Shown here: positions 40,976 to 51,405 of the stretch, piece after piece | How the letters are laid out: every line of letters begins with the position of its first letter | How positions within the stretch are numbered: the first letter of the stretch is position 1 | The notes under the pieces: model-generated | What the model was told of the DNA's origin: nothing | What the model saw: only the letters and a program-made list of their open reading frames with translations | Database searches by the model: none | Made by a program: the position numbers and the translations under genes | Assembly: GCA_020353515.1 (NCBI GenBank) | Contig: CP070695.1 | Coordinates: forward strand, 2,937,231-3,001,230 | Direction: 5' to 3' | DNA: 64,000 nucleotides | Origin: Candidatus Heimdallarchaeota archaeon | GTDB taxonomy: Archaea > Asgardarchaeota > Heimdallarchaeia > Hodarchaeales > Hodarchaeaceae

Positions 40976-41656
40976 ATGGATTCCTGTCCAATATCCGAGC
41001 TCGTAATAGTACATGATTCTGGTCTACCAGTTTTTGCATGGTTAAATCCTTTAAAAAAGGATATTGCCACGGGTGTAGCAAACCCTGAGTCTCGAGATCT
41101 AATGAGTGGCCTTTTTACTGCAATTCTTACCATGTCTGAAGATATTTCGGAAACCGCGGCAATAAAATCGATTAAAATGCTTCGTTCGACTTTTAAATAT
41201 GCCATAAAAGAGAAGCTAATTTTCATCCTTGGTTATGATTCTACTGCATCTATTGCACAGGAACCACTTGTAGATTCCTTTTTATCTGATATAATTAACG
41301 ATTTCTCAAAACAGTATTCTGATTATATAACAGATGACATGTTACTTGATGGAGACGTATTTGTAAACTTTTCATCTTATATGGAGAAGGGTGTCACTGA
41401 TCCACGTTGGAAAATCGAACAAACTGAACAGGAAATGCTTGATCATATTCATGAGCTCCTTTTAGATATTGTCGGTCCTATAGGAACTGAAATGTTTGAT
41501 AGTAATCTACGAAAACAAACACAATATCGAAGAAGGCGTAGTGCTGACCTTCCTCAATTAGCAAAAGATCTTGTTTATGAAATGTCATTATTAATGGATC
41601 CAGCTCAAGCAAAGCAAATCGGAGATGAAATTCAAAGTATTATCCGGTCAAGGTGA
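40976..41656 (+). CDS. Longin-like domain protein with small C-terminal helical domain
   Basis: ELVIVHDSGLPVF beta-hairpin, LMSGLFTAI helix, IKSIKM/FKY/LIFILG strands and FLSDIINDFSKQY helix follow the longin topology seen in Asgard proteins. Confidence 0.7.
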   Translation: MDSCPISELVIVHDSGLPVFAWLNPLKKDIATGVANPESRDLMSGLFTAILTMSEDISETAAIKSIKMLRSTFKYAIKEKLIFILGYDSTASIAQEPLVDSFLSDIINDFSKQYSDYITDDMLLDGDVFVNFSSYMEKGVTDPRWKIEQTEQEMLDHIHELLLDIVGPIGTEMFDSNLRKQTQYRRRRSADLPQLAKDLVYEMSLLMDPAQAKQIGDEIQSIIRSR

Positions 41657-41662
41657 GATTCT

Positions 41663-44050
41663 ATGAAACCTGAGTATGGATTATTATTATGTAAATGTCG
41701 TGGGGAAATCGATAACCAGATTAAGCTAGAAGAATTAGCGAATGTCTTTGAAACTGATCCTAGAATAATGTTTACTCATATTAGTGAATCTCTTTGTGAT
41801 GCTATTGAGAGAAGAAATATTCAATCACTCTTAAGAAGATATAAACCAGCAGGTATAGTTATAGGGGGGTGTTCTCCTCGATACTATGAATCTTATTTTC
41901 GAACTCTAATTGAAAAAGCTGGAGGAAATGCTGGAAGGTTAGCTTTTGCCAATATAAGAGAACAGATTGCTTGGATATACAAATTTGAATCAAAAGAATT
42001 CCGAGACGAAAAAGGAAAATTAGCAATTGAAGTGGCTATTAGTTCACTTGATGAGGCTCATGACTTTCTTGTTACAAATGTAAAAATAAAGAAGAATATT
42101 GCCATTATTGGCGCTGGTATTGGTGGAATTCAAACAGCACTTAGCATTGTTAAATCTGGTACAGACACAGAAATTCACCTAATTGAGAAAGCACCTTTCA
42201 TAGGGGGAGATCAATTGAAATACTCAAAGGCTTTTCCACGAGATGAATGTTCTGCATGTGCAATCTCCCCGCTGATTTCAGAGATTTCTTCTTATCCAAA
42301 CATCAAAGTTCATACAAACACAGAAATTGTTGAATGTGTTGGTCGGGTAGGAGACTATAACATTTCAATGATACAACATCCTCGGTATGTAACTGATTCC
42401 TGTACTTCCTGTGGAACCTGTAGTTCTGTTTGTCCAGTTGAGATAGTTGAAAATAATGGGGCAGAAAGCCATAAAGCAATTTATCTCCCATTTGCAGGGA
42501 CGATTCCTAATAGATTTACTATTAATGAATCTGAAATAGCTTATTGTCGGAGTGATTGCGATCAGCCATGCGTTGCAAGCTGTTCAACTAATGCCATCGA
42601 TCTACTAGCATTTCCCAAAGAAGAAAAATTAAATTCTGGGGCCATAGTACTGGCTACTGGTGCTTCTGTTCATGCCCCACAGGTTGGAGAGAATGAATTT
42701 GGCTATGGTACATTACCAGACGTGTTAACTTTAGATCAGTATGAAAAGTTACTTGCTGCCACCAGTAAATGGAAAGGAGAAATTAAATTACAATCAGATG
42801 ACACAAAATCTCCTGAATCTGTGGCTTTTATCTTATGTGTGGATAGACAACAGATTGGATATTGTAGTAAATATTGTTGTTTAAGCACTGCTACTGCCGT
42901 AAAACAGACAGTAGAAAGATTACCAAACGCTAAAATTTATATTTTTTATCAAGATCTCTTTTCAGACTCAAAATTTGGCGATGATTACATAAAATTCACC
43001 CAAAAACTTTCTAACGTGGAATGGATTCGTACCACACCTCGTGTGAAGACAAAAAATGATAATTCACTTATCTTAGATGTTCCTGTATCAGGGGGAAGAA
43101 TTGATATCCCAGTGGATATGCTTGTTTTAGCAACAGGAATAGTACCATCAAAAGATAGTCCAATTATGCGACATATTTTCGGTTTAGATTCATCGAAAGA
43201 AGGATTCTTTAGTGAATTTGATTTACTTTTCAGTCCAGTGAGTACGAATGACCTAGGGAAGTTTCTAGTAGGATCAGTTGTAGGTCCAAGAACCATTCCA
43301 GAGACAACCATCTCTGCTTTTGCAGTAGGTTCACAGATTTTAAATTTGTTGAACAGAGGAAAAATCCCCTTACATATCTCAGTTACAGAGGTTGATAATG
43401 ATCTTTGTTCAGGATGTGGAGTTTGTGTCAAAACGTGTCCTTATCATGCAAATACTATCGATGAAAAGAATAAAACTGCAGTAGTAGATATTAGCCGTTG
43501 TAGAGGTTGTGGCAACTGTGTTGTTGCATGTCCTGCTAAGGCACGTGATTTAATAGAGTATCCCGAGTTAGCGATTCGAAAAGCTATTGATCTATTAGGA
43601 AACAGCGCCTTGATCAATAGAAGGGAGGTGAATATGCTTGCTTTCTTATGTAATGGTTGTGGTTATCCAGTAGCAGATAATGTTGGTCTTTCTGGAGCAG
43701 GTTCTACATATTCAAAGAACCTATCGATAATTCGAGTCCCTTGTTCTGGAAGGGTCGACCCAAGACATATTCTCCACGCTTTAACATTGTTCGATGGAGT
43801 TATGGTTGGAGCATGTAAGTTGCATAGTTGCCATTTCTCTGTTGGTAATTTTGATGCTCAAAAACGAATTTTTTTATTGCAGGGAACAATGGATACTGCC
43901 TCTATCGATCCAAAAAGATTGAAAATCGATTATTTTGCTCCAACGGACACTAATAAGTTTTGTCAAAGCGTAACAGATTTTGAACGTGAATTGAAAATAG
44001 CAAAAGAAACTGAAATGCAGTTAGAAAAGACAGTAGAAACGGAGGTCTAA
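41663..44050 (+). CDS. hdrA: HdrA-like flavoprotein fused to C-terminal MvhD
   Basis: GGCSPR, NIREQ, GAGIGG, FPRDECSAC, YCSKYCC and CxxCxxCxxxCP ferredoxin motifs; C-terminal FLCNGCGY, PCSGR and GAC...CHF (MvhD 2Fe-2S). Confidence 0.92.
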   Translation: MKPEYGLLLCKCRGEIDNQIKLEELANVFETDPRIMFTHISESLCDAIERRNIQSLLRRYKPAGIVIGGCSPRYYESYFRTLIEKAGGNAGRLAFANIREQIAWIYKFESKEFRDEKGKLAIEVAISSLDEAHDFLVTNVKIKKNIAIIGAGIGGIQTALSIVKSGTDTEIHLIEKAPFIGGDQLKYSKAFPRDECSACAISPLISEISSYPNIKVHTNTEIVECVGRVGDYNISMIQHPRYVTDSCTSCGTCSSVCPVEIVENNGAESHKAIYLPFAGTIPNRFTINESEIAYCRSDCDQPCVASCSTNAIDLLAFPKEEKLNSGAIVLATGASVHAPQVGENEFGYGTLPDVLTLDQYEKLLAATSKWKGEIKLQSDDTKSPESVAFILCVDRQQIGYCSKYCCLSTATAVKQTVERLPNAKIYIFYQDLFSDSKFGDDYIKFTQKLSNVEWIRTTPRVKTKNDNSLILDVPVSGGRIDIPVDMLVLATGIVPSKDSPIMRHIFGLDSSKEGFFSEFDLLFSPVSTNDLGKFLVGSVVGPRTIPETTISAFAVGSQILNLLNRGKIPLHISVTEVDNDLCSGCGVCVKTCPYHANTIDEKNKTAVVDISRCRGCGNCVVACPAKARDLIEYPELAIRKAIDLLGNSALINRREVNMLAFLCNGCGYPVADNVGLSGAGSTYSKNLSIIRVPCSGRVDPRHILHALTLFDGVMVGACKLHSCHFSVGNFDAQKRIFLLQGTMDTASIDPKRLKIDYFAPTDTNKFCQSVTDFERELKIAKETEMQLEKTVETEV

Positions 44051-44052
44051 TA

Positions 44053-44943
44053 ATGGCTAAAAATATTACAGTAGGTTATGCTGCATTGACTTCTTGCTCT
44101 GGATGTGAGATAGCATTATTGGATATAAATGAAAAAATCTTGGATGTCTTAAAAAATGCAGAATTAGTATATGGGCCCCTGATCATGGATGCTCGGGAAG
44201 TCCCTGATAATATTGATTTGCTATTTGTTGAAGGTTCTGTATCAACTGATCACGATTTACAGCAAGCACAAGAATATAGGAAAAAAGCTAAATACCTTGT
44301 AGCTGTTGGTGCTTGTGCTTGTTTTGGAGGGATCCCAGGTATGAGAAACTTTTTTGAGAGAAACGAAATTCTTGCCGATGTTTATCCCTTGAAAGACAAA
44401 TCAGAATTTTTAGGGCCAACACAATTATCTTCAAAAGTTCAAAGCTTACCAATGGTTGTAAAAACTGATTTTTTTGTACCAGGATGTCCCCCTTTACCAG
44501 AAAACTTTTTAACAGTAATTCAGAACTATCCTAATTTCGATCGCATCAAACTTCCTACTAAAACATTATGTGCTGAATGTGATCTGAACAAAGATAAGTT
44601 ACTATCACCAATAAGAGAATTTACTTCCTTAAAGATTAAGAACCCCTACCATTTCAATGAAGAGGAAGAAAATTTATGCTTTCTTGAAAGAGGAATCTTG
44701 TGTATGGGTGTAGCTACTCGAGCTGGTTGTGGGGGACGATGTGTCAAGGTTAGTGTCCCTTGTCGTGGTTGTTTTGGGCCCCCTCCTCAGGAAGGATCAG
44801 AGGATCAAGGAGCTGGTGTAATATCCGCTATTTCTTCTATATTACCTACAGGACGATTATTAACAAAAGAGGACATGCTTGGGCTCGTTTACCGATATTC
44901 TCTTTCAGTTATTACCGACCTACAAAAGTATTTTCATGAATAA
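44053..44943 (+). CDS. mvhG: Group 3c-type [NiFe] hydrogenase small subunit
   Basis: SCSGCE, VEGS, GACACFGGIP, PGCPP, CFLERGILCMG..TRAGC and PCRGCFGP. Confidence 0.9.
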   Translation: MAKNITVGYAALTSCSGCEIALLDINEKILDVLKNAELVYGPLIMDAREVPDNIDLLFVEGSVSTDHDLQQAQEYRKKAKYLVAVGACACFGGIPGMRNFFERNEILADVYPLKDKSEFLGPTQLSSKVQSLPMVVKTDFFVPGCPPLPENFLTVIQNYPNFDRIKLPTKTLCAECDLNKDKLLSPIREFTSLKIKNPYHFNEEEENLCFLERGILCMGVATRAGCGGRCVKVSVPCRGCFGPPPQEGSEDQGAGVISAISSILPTGRLLTKEDMLGLVYRYSLSVITDLQKYFHE

Positions 44944-44956
44944 GGAGAGACGATAA

Positions 44957-46414
44957 GTGTCATCAACAAGAAAAATCACAATTGATCCAGTTACCAGACT
45001 GGAAGGAAATGCAAAAATCACATTCGAGCTAGATGAATCAACTAACGTCTTGAAGAAAGCAGAATTTCAAGTTTTAGAATTCAGAGCTTTTGAAAAATTT
45101 TTGGAAGGAAGAAAAGCCCGAGAAACCCCTCGAATTACTCCTAGAATATGTGGTATCTGTCCTGTAAGTCACCACCTATGTTCTGCTAAAGCGACTGATA
45201 TGCTCGCGAGAGTAATAATCCCTGGGCGGGCTAAATTACACCGTGAATTAATGCATATGGGGCAATTCATACATTCACATTCCCTTCATGTGTATTTTCT
45301 TGCATTACCAGATTTTGTAGATGGTTTTAAAGCTGAAAGCAATGATTTCCGACTACTACTTAATGCAAATCCAACTTTAGTAAAGAATGTCATTAGGATT
45401 CGTGCTTTTGGTCAAAAAGTGATCGAAATTCTTGGTGGAAAAGCAATTCATCCTGTTACAGCGATTCCTGGGGGTATTTCGGTTCCTCTTAAAGTAGCTG
45501 AACACGAGGCATTACTGAATGAGGCAAAAAAACTGCTTCCAATTACTGAAGAATCATTAACAGCAGCTTGGGGATTATTAGACTGTGTACCAGAGGAACT
45601 CAAACAATATGAAACACTAAACTCCCATAATATGGGAACAGTTGGAAATAACAAAGAAATTGCGCTCTATGACGGCGAAACGGTTATTTTGGATTCAAAT
45701 GGTAAGGTTAAAGGAAATTTTAGGGGAGCTAAATATCGAAAAATGATAAGTGAGAAGTATTTCGATTTCTCTTGGACGAAATTTCCTTATTTCATTAATG
45801 CGGAAGATGAAGAAGATGCCATCATCCAAGTTGGACCTCTAGCTCGTCAAAAATGCTATGAAACGATATCCACTGAAAAAGCAGGTAAAATGCTAGCTAA
45901 TTTTCGTCAAAGATTTGGTCGCTATACAACTGAAAGCTATTCCACCCATTATGCCCGAATAATTGAAACCATGTATGCTCTTGAGAAAACAATAGATATC
46001 CTAGAAGATCCTAATTTAATGAAGGATACAGATTATAGAATATCCTCAACAATTAAAGAATCATCAGGCGTGGGTATTGTCGAAGCACCCAGAGGATCTT
46101 TGATTCATTCCTTTCAAACTGATCAAAATGGCTTAATTACGAAAGCAAATATCATTGTATCAACAACGTTTAATAATCCAGCAATTAATCTAGCATTATT
46201 CAAAGTGGCCAAAAAACAACTTGATCCCAGCCAAAAATCAATACCAGAATCAACATTGAGGCAGATAGAGTCAACAGTAAGGATTTTTGATCCGTGCTTG
46301 ACTTGTTCTTCTCACTCCCTTTCAGGAACTAATTTTGACATCGTTTTACGGAATACTGAAGGTGAGTTGATCTACTCTAGTTTGGTTGCTTCAAGAAACA
46401 GTAGTTTAAAATAA
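44957..46414 (+). CDS. mvhA: Group 3c-type [NiFe] hydrogenase large subunit
   Basis: TRLEG, L1 RICGICPVSH, EAPRG and L2 DPCLTCSSH with a cleavable C-terminal extension. Confidence 0.93.
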   Translation: MSSTRKITIDPVTRLEGNAKITFELDESTNVLKKAEFQVLEFRAFEKFLEGRKARETPRITPRICGICPVSHHLCSAKATDMLARVIIPGRAKLHRELMHMGQFIHSHSLHVYFLALPDFVDGFKAESNDFRLLLNANPTLVKNVIRIRAFGQKVIEILGGKAIHPVTAIPGGISVPLKVAEHEALLNEAKKLLPITEESLTAAWGLLDCVPEELKQYETLNSHNMGTVGNNKEIALYDGETVILDSNGKVKGNFRGAKYRKMISEKYFDFSWTKFPYFINAEDEEDAIIQVGPLARQKCYETISTEKAGKMLANFRQRFGRYTTESYSTHYARIIETMYALEKTIDILEDPNLMKDTDYRISSTIKESSGVGIVEAPRGSLIHSFQTDQNGLITKANIIVSTTFNNPAINLALFKVAKKQLDPSQKSIPESTLRQIESTVRIFDPCLTCSSHSLSGTNFDIVLRNTEGELIYSSLVASRNSSLK

Positions 46415-46499
46415 TTCTTGTGCTTCAAACAATCCCCAAACTATATATTTTTATGGTTTCCTCCTTTCTGGCACAAAAACCTCCCAAGAAGTGTTTAAA

Positions 46500-46964
46500 A
46501 TGGTTGAAATTGATCATGGATTTACAACTGATATGAAGTATGCTGTCGCAGGCACCTTTAGCGGTGGTCTTTCCAGTAAAATCTATCCTTTACTTAAAAA
46601 CGAATGGTACAATGTCAAAAAGGTCTATCCTGTATGTCCTGACAAGAAAGACGTTGATGGTGACACCACTTATGCATCCCTCAAAGATTTACCTGAACCA
46701 GTTGATGTTGTTGTTGTTGTTCATAAGAAGGAAATAACAACAGAAATTGTTAGGGAAGCCTCAACATTAAACCCAAAACCAAGTATATGGTTCATGCCAA
46801 GAACAGATTCAAAGGAAAGCATCATAATATGCGAAGAAAATGAAATGAAATATGGTATGTCGTGTCTTATGGGCCACAGAGCGATTCCTGGTATCAAGCG
46901 TTTTATCAACGGTCACTGGTGGCATTCGAAAGTTGGTGGAATGAACCAAATTCCTAAACAATAA
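46500..46964 (+). CDS. CoA-binding protein (YccU-like)
   Basis: YAVAG, VYPV.P, YASLKDLPEPVDVV and IWF.P. Confidence 0.8.
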   Translation: MVEIDHGFTTDMKYAVAGTFSGGLSSKIYPLLKNEWYNVKKVYPVCPDKKDVDGDTTYASLKDLPEPVDVVVVVHKKEITTEIVREASTLNPKPSIWFMPRTDSKESIIICEENEMKYGMSCLMGHRAIPGIKRFINGHWWHSKVGGMNQIPKQ

Positions 46965-46988
46965 GTTTTTCCAAATGGAGAGTACTAC

Positions 46989-47417
46989 TTGAAGATCTTA
47001 ATCGTTTATTATTCTCAATCTGGAAATACTAAAAAAGTCGTAGAAATGGCTGAAGAACGGTTAAAAGACCTCCACCATGAGGTAACCGTAAAAAATGCTT
47101 TGACTGTAAAGCCTGAACAAGTATCAGATTGTAACTTGTTACTTATTGGCACCCCCGTTCATGGTTATATCTTATTTGGTCAGAAACCTACAAAAGAGGT
47201 CAATGAATTTTTAGCAAATCAATTGCCACAGGATCTTGAAAATAAACCTGTAATTGGTTTTGCTACTTATCTCTTCTTTCCTGCAGGAGCATTAAATCGC
47301 ATTAAAAAGGCAATAGACGCACAAAATGGCAATTTACTGGGATTAATAGCACAAAGAAGGTCAAAGAAGACTGAACTTGTTAATGAAATAATAGAATGTA
47401 TTGAGGATTCATTTTAG
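46989..47417 (+). CDS. Flavodoxin-family protein
   Basis: IVYYSQSGNTKKV FMN loop and IGTPV. Confidence 0.85.
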   Translation: MKILIVYYSQSGNTKKVVEMAEERLKDLHHEVTVKNALTVKPEQVSDCNLLLIGTPVHGYILFGQKPTKEVNEFLANQLPQDLENKPVIGFATYLFFPAGALNRIKKAIDAQNGNLLGLIAQRRSKKTELVNEIIECIEDSF

Positions 47418-47499
47418 GATTGAATCTTTATGTCTTCTTGGTAACTACAATCTAAATGAAAAAGGATTCCCATTTTTTTGAGGATCAAGATTGCGAAGG

Positions 47500-48510
47500 A
47501 TGAGGAACGACCACAAGGATATTTACCTAGTGACAGGTGCTTGTGGATTTGTTGGATCACATTTAGTTGAGACTCTCGTTTCCCAGGGGTTTTATGTAAG
47601 AGCTACGGATTTAAAAAGTGCCAATCGAAAAAATATTCCCTCTTTAGAAGCAGTAGAATTCTTACCAGGTGATCTTACTAAACCTAAGGAAATACCTCAG
47701 CTACTTGAAGGAATTACTAAAGTATTCCACCCTGCGGGAATCTTTAATTTCAGCGCACCAAAGAACATTTTGTTAAAAGTGAATGTTGAAGGAACAACTA
47801 ATCTTCTCTCTGCAGCTCTCTCTGAAGACATTTCTCATTTCATAAATTGGAGTACAGCGATGGTTTATGGGACCTTACTATACTCTCCCGCTAATGAGAT
47901 TCATCCAATTCAGCCAGAGGATCCCTATTCAGAATCTAAGTGGATACAGGAACAAATAGCTTTGTCCTATTTTCAAGAGAATGGATTACCGGTGAGTATT
48001 ATTAGGCCAACAGCTATTTATGGTCCCAGATCATTATATGGTACTTCCTTAGCAATTCTGGCTCTAGTAAATGGAAAAATATTGGGAATACCTGGAGACG
48101 GAAAAACGATTCAGCATCATGTACATGTGGATGATGTTGTGAAAGCGGCTATCTTCATGTCAGGTAATAGAAAAATGATTGGGGAAATTTTTAACATTGC
48201 TGATGATAACCCTATATCAATAGAAGAATCATTTAGGATAGTAACGAATCTTATCGAGAAGAAACTTCCTAGATTCCATATTCCAAAGTTTGTAGTAAAT
48301 TTTTATGGTTATTTTGATCGCTTTTGGAATAAGCTTCTTCGAAAAACAAGCTTATATGAAAAAACCTCATTAAAACTGCTCTTTTCAGATCATATTTATG
48401 ATAATAATAAACTAAAGAGCCTCGGATTCGAGTATTCTGTCCCAAGTCTTGAAATGGGAATTGAAACAACTCTTCAATGGTACCGACAGCAAGGGTATAT
48501 TGATTATTAG
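47500..48510 (+). CDS. Extended SDR, NAD-dependent epimerase/dehydratase (3-beta-HSD-like)
   Basis: TGACGFVG, NVEGT, YSESK, RPTAIYGP and HVDDV. Confidence 0.88.
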   Translation: MRNDHKDIYLVTGACGFVGSHLVETLVSQGFYVRATDLKSANRKNIPSLEAVEFLPGDLTKPKEIPQLLEGITKVFHPAGIFNFSAPKNILLKVNVEGTTNLLSAALSEDISHFINWSTAMVYGTLLYSPANEIHPIQPEDPYSESKWIQEQIALSYFQENGLPVSIIRPTAIYGPRSLYGTSLAILALVNGKILGIPGDGKTIQHHVHVDDVVKAAIFMSGNRKMIGEIFNIADDNPISIEESFRIVTNLIEKKLPRFHIPKFVVNFYGYFDRFWNKLLRKTSLYEKTSLKLLFSDHIYDNNKLKSLGFEYSVPSLEMGIETTLQWYRQQGYIDY

Positions 48511-48827
48511 GATTTATTTGGTTTCACATGTCTTATCCCTATAAATTCACCCAAAATTATTAGAATGGGTTCGAAACTAAAGAGAAATGCTGACAATAGA
48601 GGTTCAAAATCATCTGTTGTTAAACCAAAAAGGTTGAAAGGAATTATCATGAATTCCTTACTTCCAGGTAGAACATTAAACCATAATAATATTCCACCAG
48701 CTTGAAATACAAAGAGAAAGCTGAACACAAGAACCCAATTAACTTTTTGAGTGATACGGTTGGTTTCCATTGAATAACCGAGGATTATTCCACAAAAGAA
48801 TAGGAATGGAAGATCAAAAGCAAACAT
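48507..48827 (-). CDS. Small membrane protein
   Basis: Three hydrophobic segments. Confidence 0.55.
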   Translation of the reverse strand: MFAFDLPFLFFCGIILGYSMETNRITQKVNWVLVFSFLFVFQAGGILLWFNVLPGSKEFMIIPFNLFGLTTDDFEPLLSAFLFSFEPILIILGEFIGIRHVKPNKS

Positions 48828-48877
48828 ATAACCATCATCTGAGAAAAAAATGCAAGGCTTTTAAGTAAAAGCTACTC

Positions 48878-49573
48878 CTAAAATTTTTCTATTAATTGGG
48901 GGAGCTCAGTTAGTCTAGAGATAATCCTTATATTGTATTTCTCATGAATTTTATTCATACGGTCTATCAATACCCCATGCATTCCTGCATTAAAGGCACC
49001 AAGAGCATCATTCTCTAACAGATCACCAACATATACTATCTCATCAAGAGAAAGATTTAAGTCTCTAGCACTCATTTCAAAGATTTTATAGTTAGGTTTT
49101 CGTTGACCAACCTCTCCAGATATGATTATGGATGTGAAAAAGGAATCAATTTTCGTAACTGCTAATTTTCTTCTTTGTTGTTCACCATCACCATCAGAGA
49201 TAATTCCTAGAGAAAAATTCTTAACCATAGTAAGACAAGGTAAGGCATCTTCATATAATCTCCAGTTTTGTTCATATTTAAAGAGGTACCTATTGAAAAC
49301 ATCCATTGCTTCATCTGAAGAAAGTTCATACCCCCAATTACTAAACACACTTTGTACTCTTAAAATCCGCTGCTGCTCAAATGAAATGCATCCATCCAAA
49401 TACTCATTAATATAATGATCGGTTTTGGTTTTCCAAGTTACAAAAAATTCATCAAAACTTAAATTAGGGATTTGTTTCTTCATTAAAGAATAAAGACTGA
49501 TAAGTGATCTTTCCAGTGCTTGTTCATGATTTAGGAGGGTACCATCAATGTCAAAAACAATTCCTTTAATCAT
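48878..49573 (-). CDS. HAD-superfamily hydrolase (YjjG-like)
   Basis: FDIDGTL, KPNYKIF and VGDLLENDALGA. Confidence 0.9.
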   Translation of the reverse strand: MIKGIVFDIDGTLLNHEQALERSLISLYSLMKKQIPNLSFDEFFVTWKTKTDHYINEYLDGCISFEQQRILRVQSVFSNWGYELSSDEAMDVFNRYLFKYEQNWRLYEDALPCLTMVKNFSLGIISDGDGEQQRRKLAVTKIDSFFTSIIISGEVGQRKPNYKIFEMSARDLNLSLDEIVYVGDLLENDALGAFNAGMHGVLIDRMNKIHEKYNIRIISRLTELPQLIEKF

Positions 49574-49689
49574 ATTTCCTTTATCCTATTTTTCCAATAA
49601 ATCTACATTTATAATTGTAAGTAAAATTAGCTTTTGGAAGACTTCAAACAATTGGATTTTGATGAAAATAAACACAAAAGACCTGGAAA

Positions 49690-50337
49690 TTGAACATGAA
49701 AGCTTGGGATGACTCTTGGAAGACTGAAGAGGGGAGAGCTCGTTGGTTATATCCTGATCCATTCATTGTTTCATACCTACCTAAGTTGAAGAAAGAAGGG
49801 ATAGAAAAAGTTCTTGATCTGGGTTCTGGAGTTGGACGTCATACGATTTTATTTGCAAAAGAAGGGTTTGATGTTTATGGAGTAGATCCCAGCCCTTCTG
49901 GTTTCAAATATACATTGAAGTGGTTTGAAAGGGAAAGACTGCCTCCAAAATTAATTCTCAGTGAAATGAGTCAATTACCTTTCATTGATGATTTTTTTGA
50001 TTTAATAGTTGCGTGGAACGTGATTTATCATGGTACAGCAAAAGTTATTCATAAAACTGTGAATGAAATAGTAAGATGTCTAAGACATAACGGTTATTTG
50101 CTTTACACTTTAATTTCGACTAAACATAATAAATTTGGGAATGGAAAAGAGATCGAAAAGAACACATATATAATAAAGGAAGAAAAGGAAAAGAGTCATC
50201 CTCATCATTATTTCAATGAAGAAGAAATAAACAGATTTTTCAAAGGATTCACTCACTTGAGATGTGTTGACAAAGAACAATTTTACCCAGGCTTATTCCA
50301 TTGGCATCTTCTATCAAGACTTGTAGCAAAACACTAG
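49690..50337 (+). CDS. Class I SAM-dependent methyltransferase
   Basis: VLDLGSGVGRH and FDLIVAWNVIYH. Confidence 0.88.
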   Translation: MNMKAWDDSWKTEEGRARWLYPDPFIVSYLPKLKKEGIEKVLDLGSGVGRHTILFAKEGFDVYGVDPSPSGFKYTLKWFERERLPPKLILSEMSQLPFIDDFFDLIVAWNVIYHGTAKVIHKTVNEIVRCLRHNGYLLYTLISTKHNKFGNGKEIEKNTYIIKEEKEKSHPHHYFNEEEINRFFKGFTHLRCVDKEQFYPGLFHWHLLSRLVAKH

Positions 50338-50398
50338 CTTTCTGCCTCTTTAAAAACAAAAATAAACTATTATAGTTAAATATCCGATAGGGATTCTT

Positions 50399-51298
50399 AT
50401 GGTATCGGGTATTCATTTCCTTTTGACTATGAGCTGTAATTTCGAATGTGACCATTGTTTCTTATATTGTAGTCCAAATTTTGATGGGACATTCACTTTG
50501 AAGCAACTAAGAGCTGTCCACGATGAGATGAAGAAAATGGGGATAGAAATGGTTTATTTCGAAGGTGGTGAACCCTTCCTCTTTTACCCTCTGATGGTAG
50601 AAGGGATTAAAATGTCTCATGAGATGGGATTCAAGACCGGAGTAGTTACGAATTCATACTGGGCAACCACTGAGGAAGACGCAGAACTCTGGTTAAAACC
50701 ACTTCTTGATCTTGGAATTTCAGATGTAAGCGTAAGCAATGATGCTCTCCATCACGGAGAGGGTGAAGTAAACCCTGCTACAAGAGCATTAAAAGCGTTG
50801 AACCACTTGAATATGTCTGGAGGAGATATATGTATCCAAGAACCAACACTTGATTTAGAGATGACCCAAGAGAAAGGTGAACCAGTAATTGGGGGCGGTG
50901 CAATGTTTAGAGGAAGGGCAGTTGAAAAATTAATTACCGATAAATTACCTAGAAGACATTGGGAAGAATTTACAGAATGTCCTCATGAGGAATTAGAAAA
51001 CCCAGGTAGAGTTCACCTCGATCCTTTTGGAAATGTTCATATCTGTCAGGGTTTGAGTATGGGTAATATGTGGAAAACTCCCCTTTCAGAGCTAGTAAAG
51101 AACTATAATGCTAGCTTACATCCCATTTGTGGACCATTAATCAAGGGTGGGCCAGCTGAACTAGCAAGAGAATACCAAGTTGATCATGAAGATAATTATG
51201 TTGATGCCTGTCACTTTTGTTATTCGATTCGGAGAGTATTAATTGACAAATTCCCTGAATACTTAGCACCCAAGCCAGTGTATGGCCTAAATCAATGA
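50399..51298 (+). CDS. Radical SAM protein
   Basis: CNFECDHC (CxxxCxxC), GGEPFL and C-terminal C/CxxC residues. Confidence 0.88.
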   Translation: MVSGIHFLLTMSCNFECDHCFLYCSPNFDGTFTLKQLRAVHDEMKKMGIEMVYFEGGEPFLFYPLMVEGIKMSHEMGFKTGVVTNSYWATTEEDAELWLKPLLDLGISDVSVSNDALHHGEGEVNPATRALKALNHLNMSGGDICIQEPTLDLEMTQEKGEPVIGGGAMFRGRAVEKLITDKLPRRHWEEFTECPHEELENPGRVHLDPFGNVHICQGLSMGNMWKTPLSELVKNYNASLHPICGPLIKGGPAELAREYQVDHEDNYVDACHFCYSIRRVLIDKFPEYLAPKPVYGLNQ

Positions 51299-51405
51299 TT
51301 TTTCAGAAAAAAACGTCTCCCTTGAAACATTAGTAAAATTCAAAAGGGTTCATAATCCTCATTGAGTGAATTAAAACTAAAATCTGTTTCGACGCGGGTT
51401 GTTCA

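Noticed and set aside
41663-46414. Selenocysteine recoding in HdrA/MvhD/MvhA, as known in some Asgards and methanogens
   Set aside because: All frames are open with Cys at the motif positions; no in-frame TGA and no convincing SECIS.
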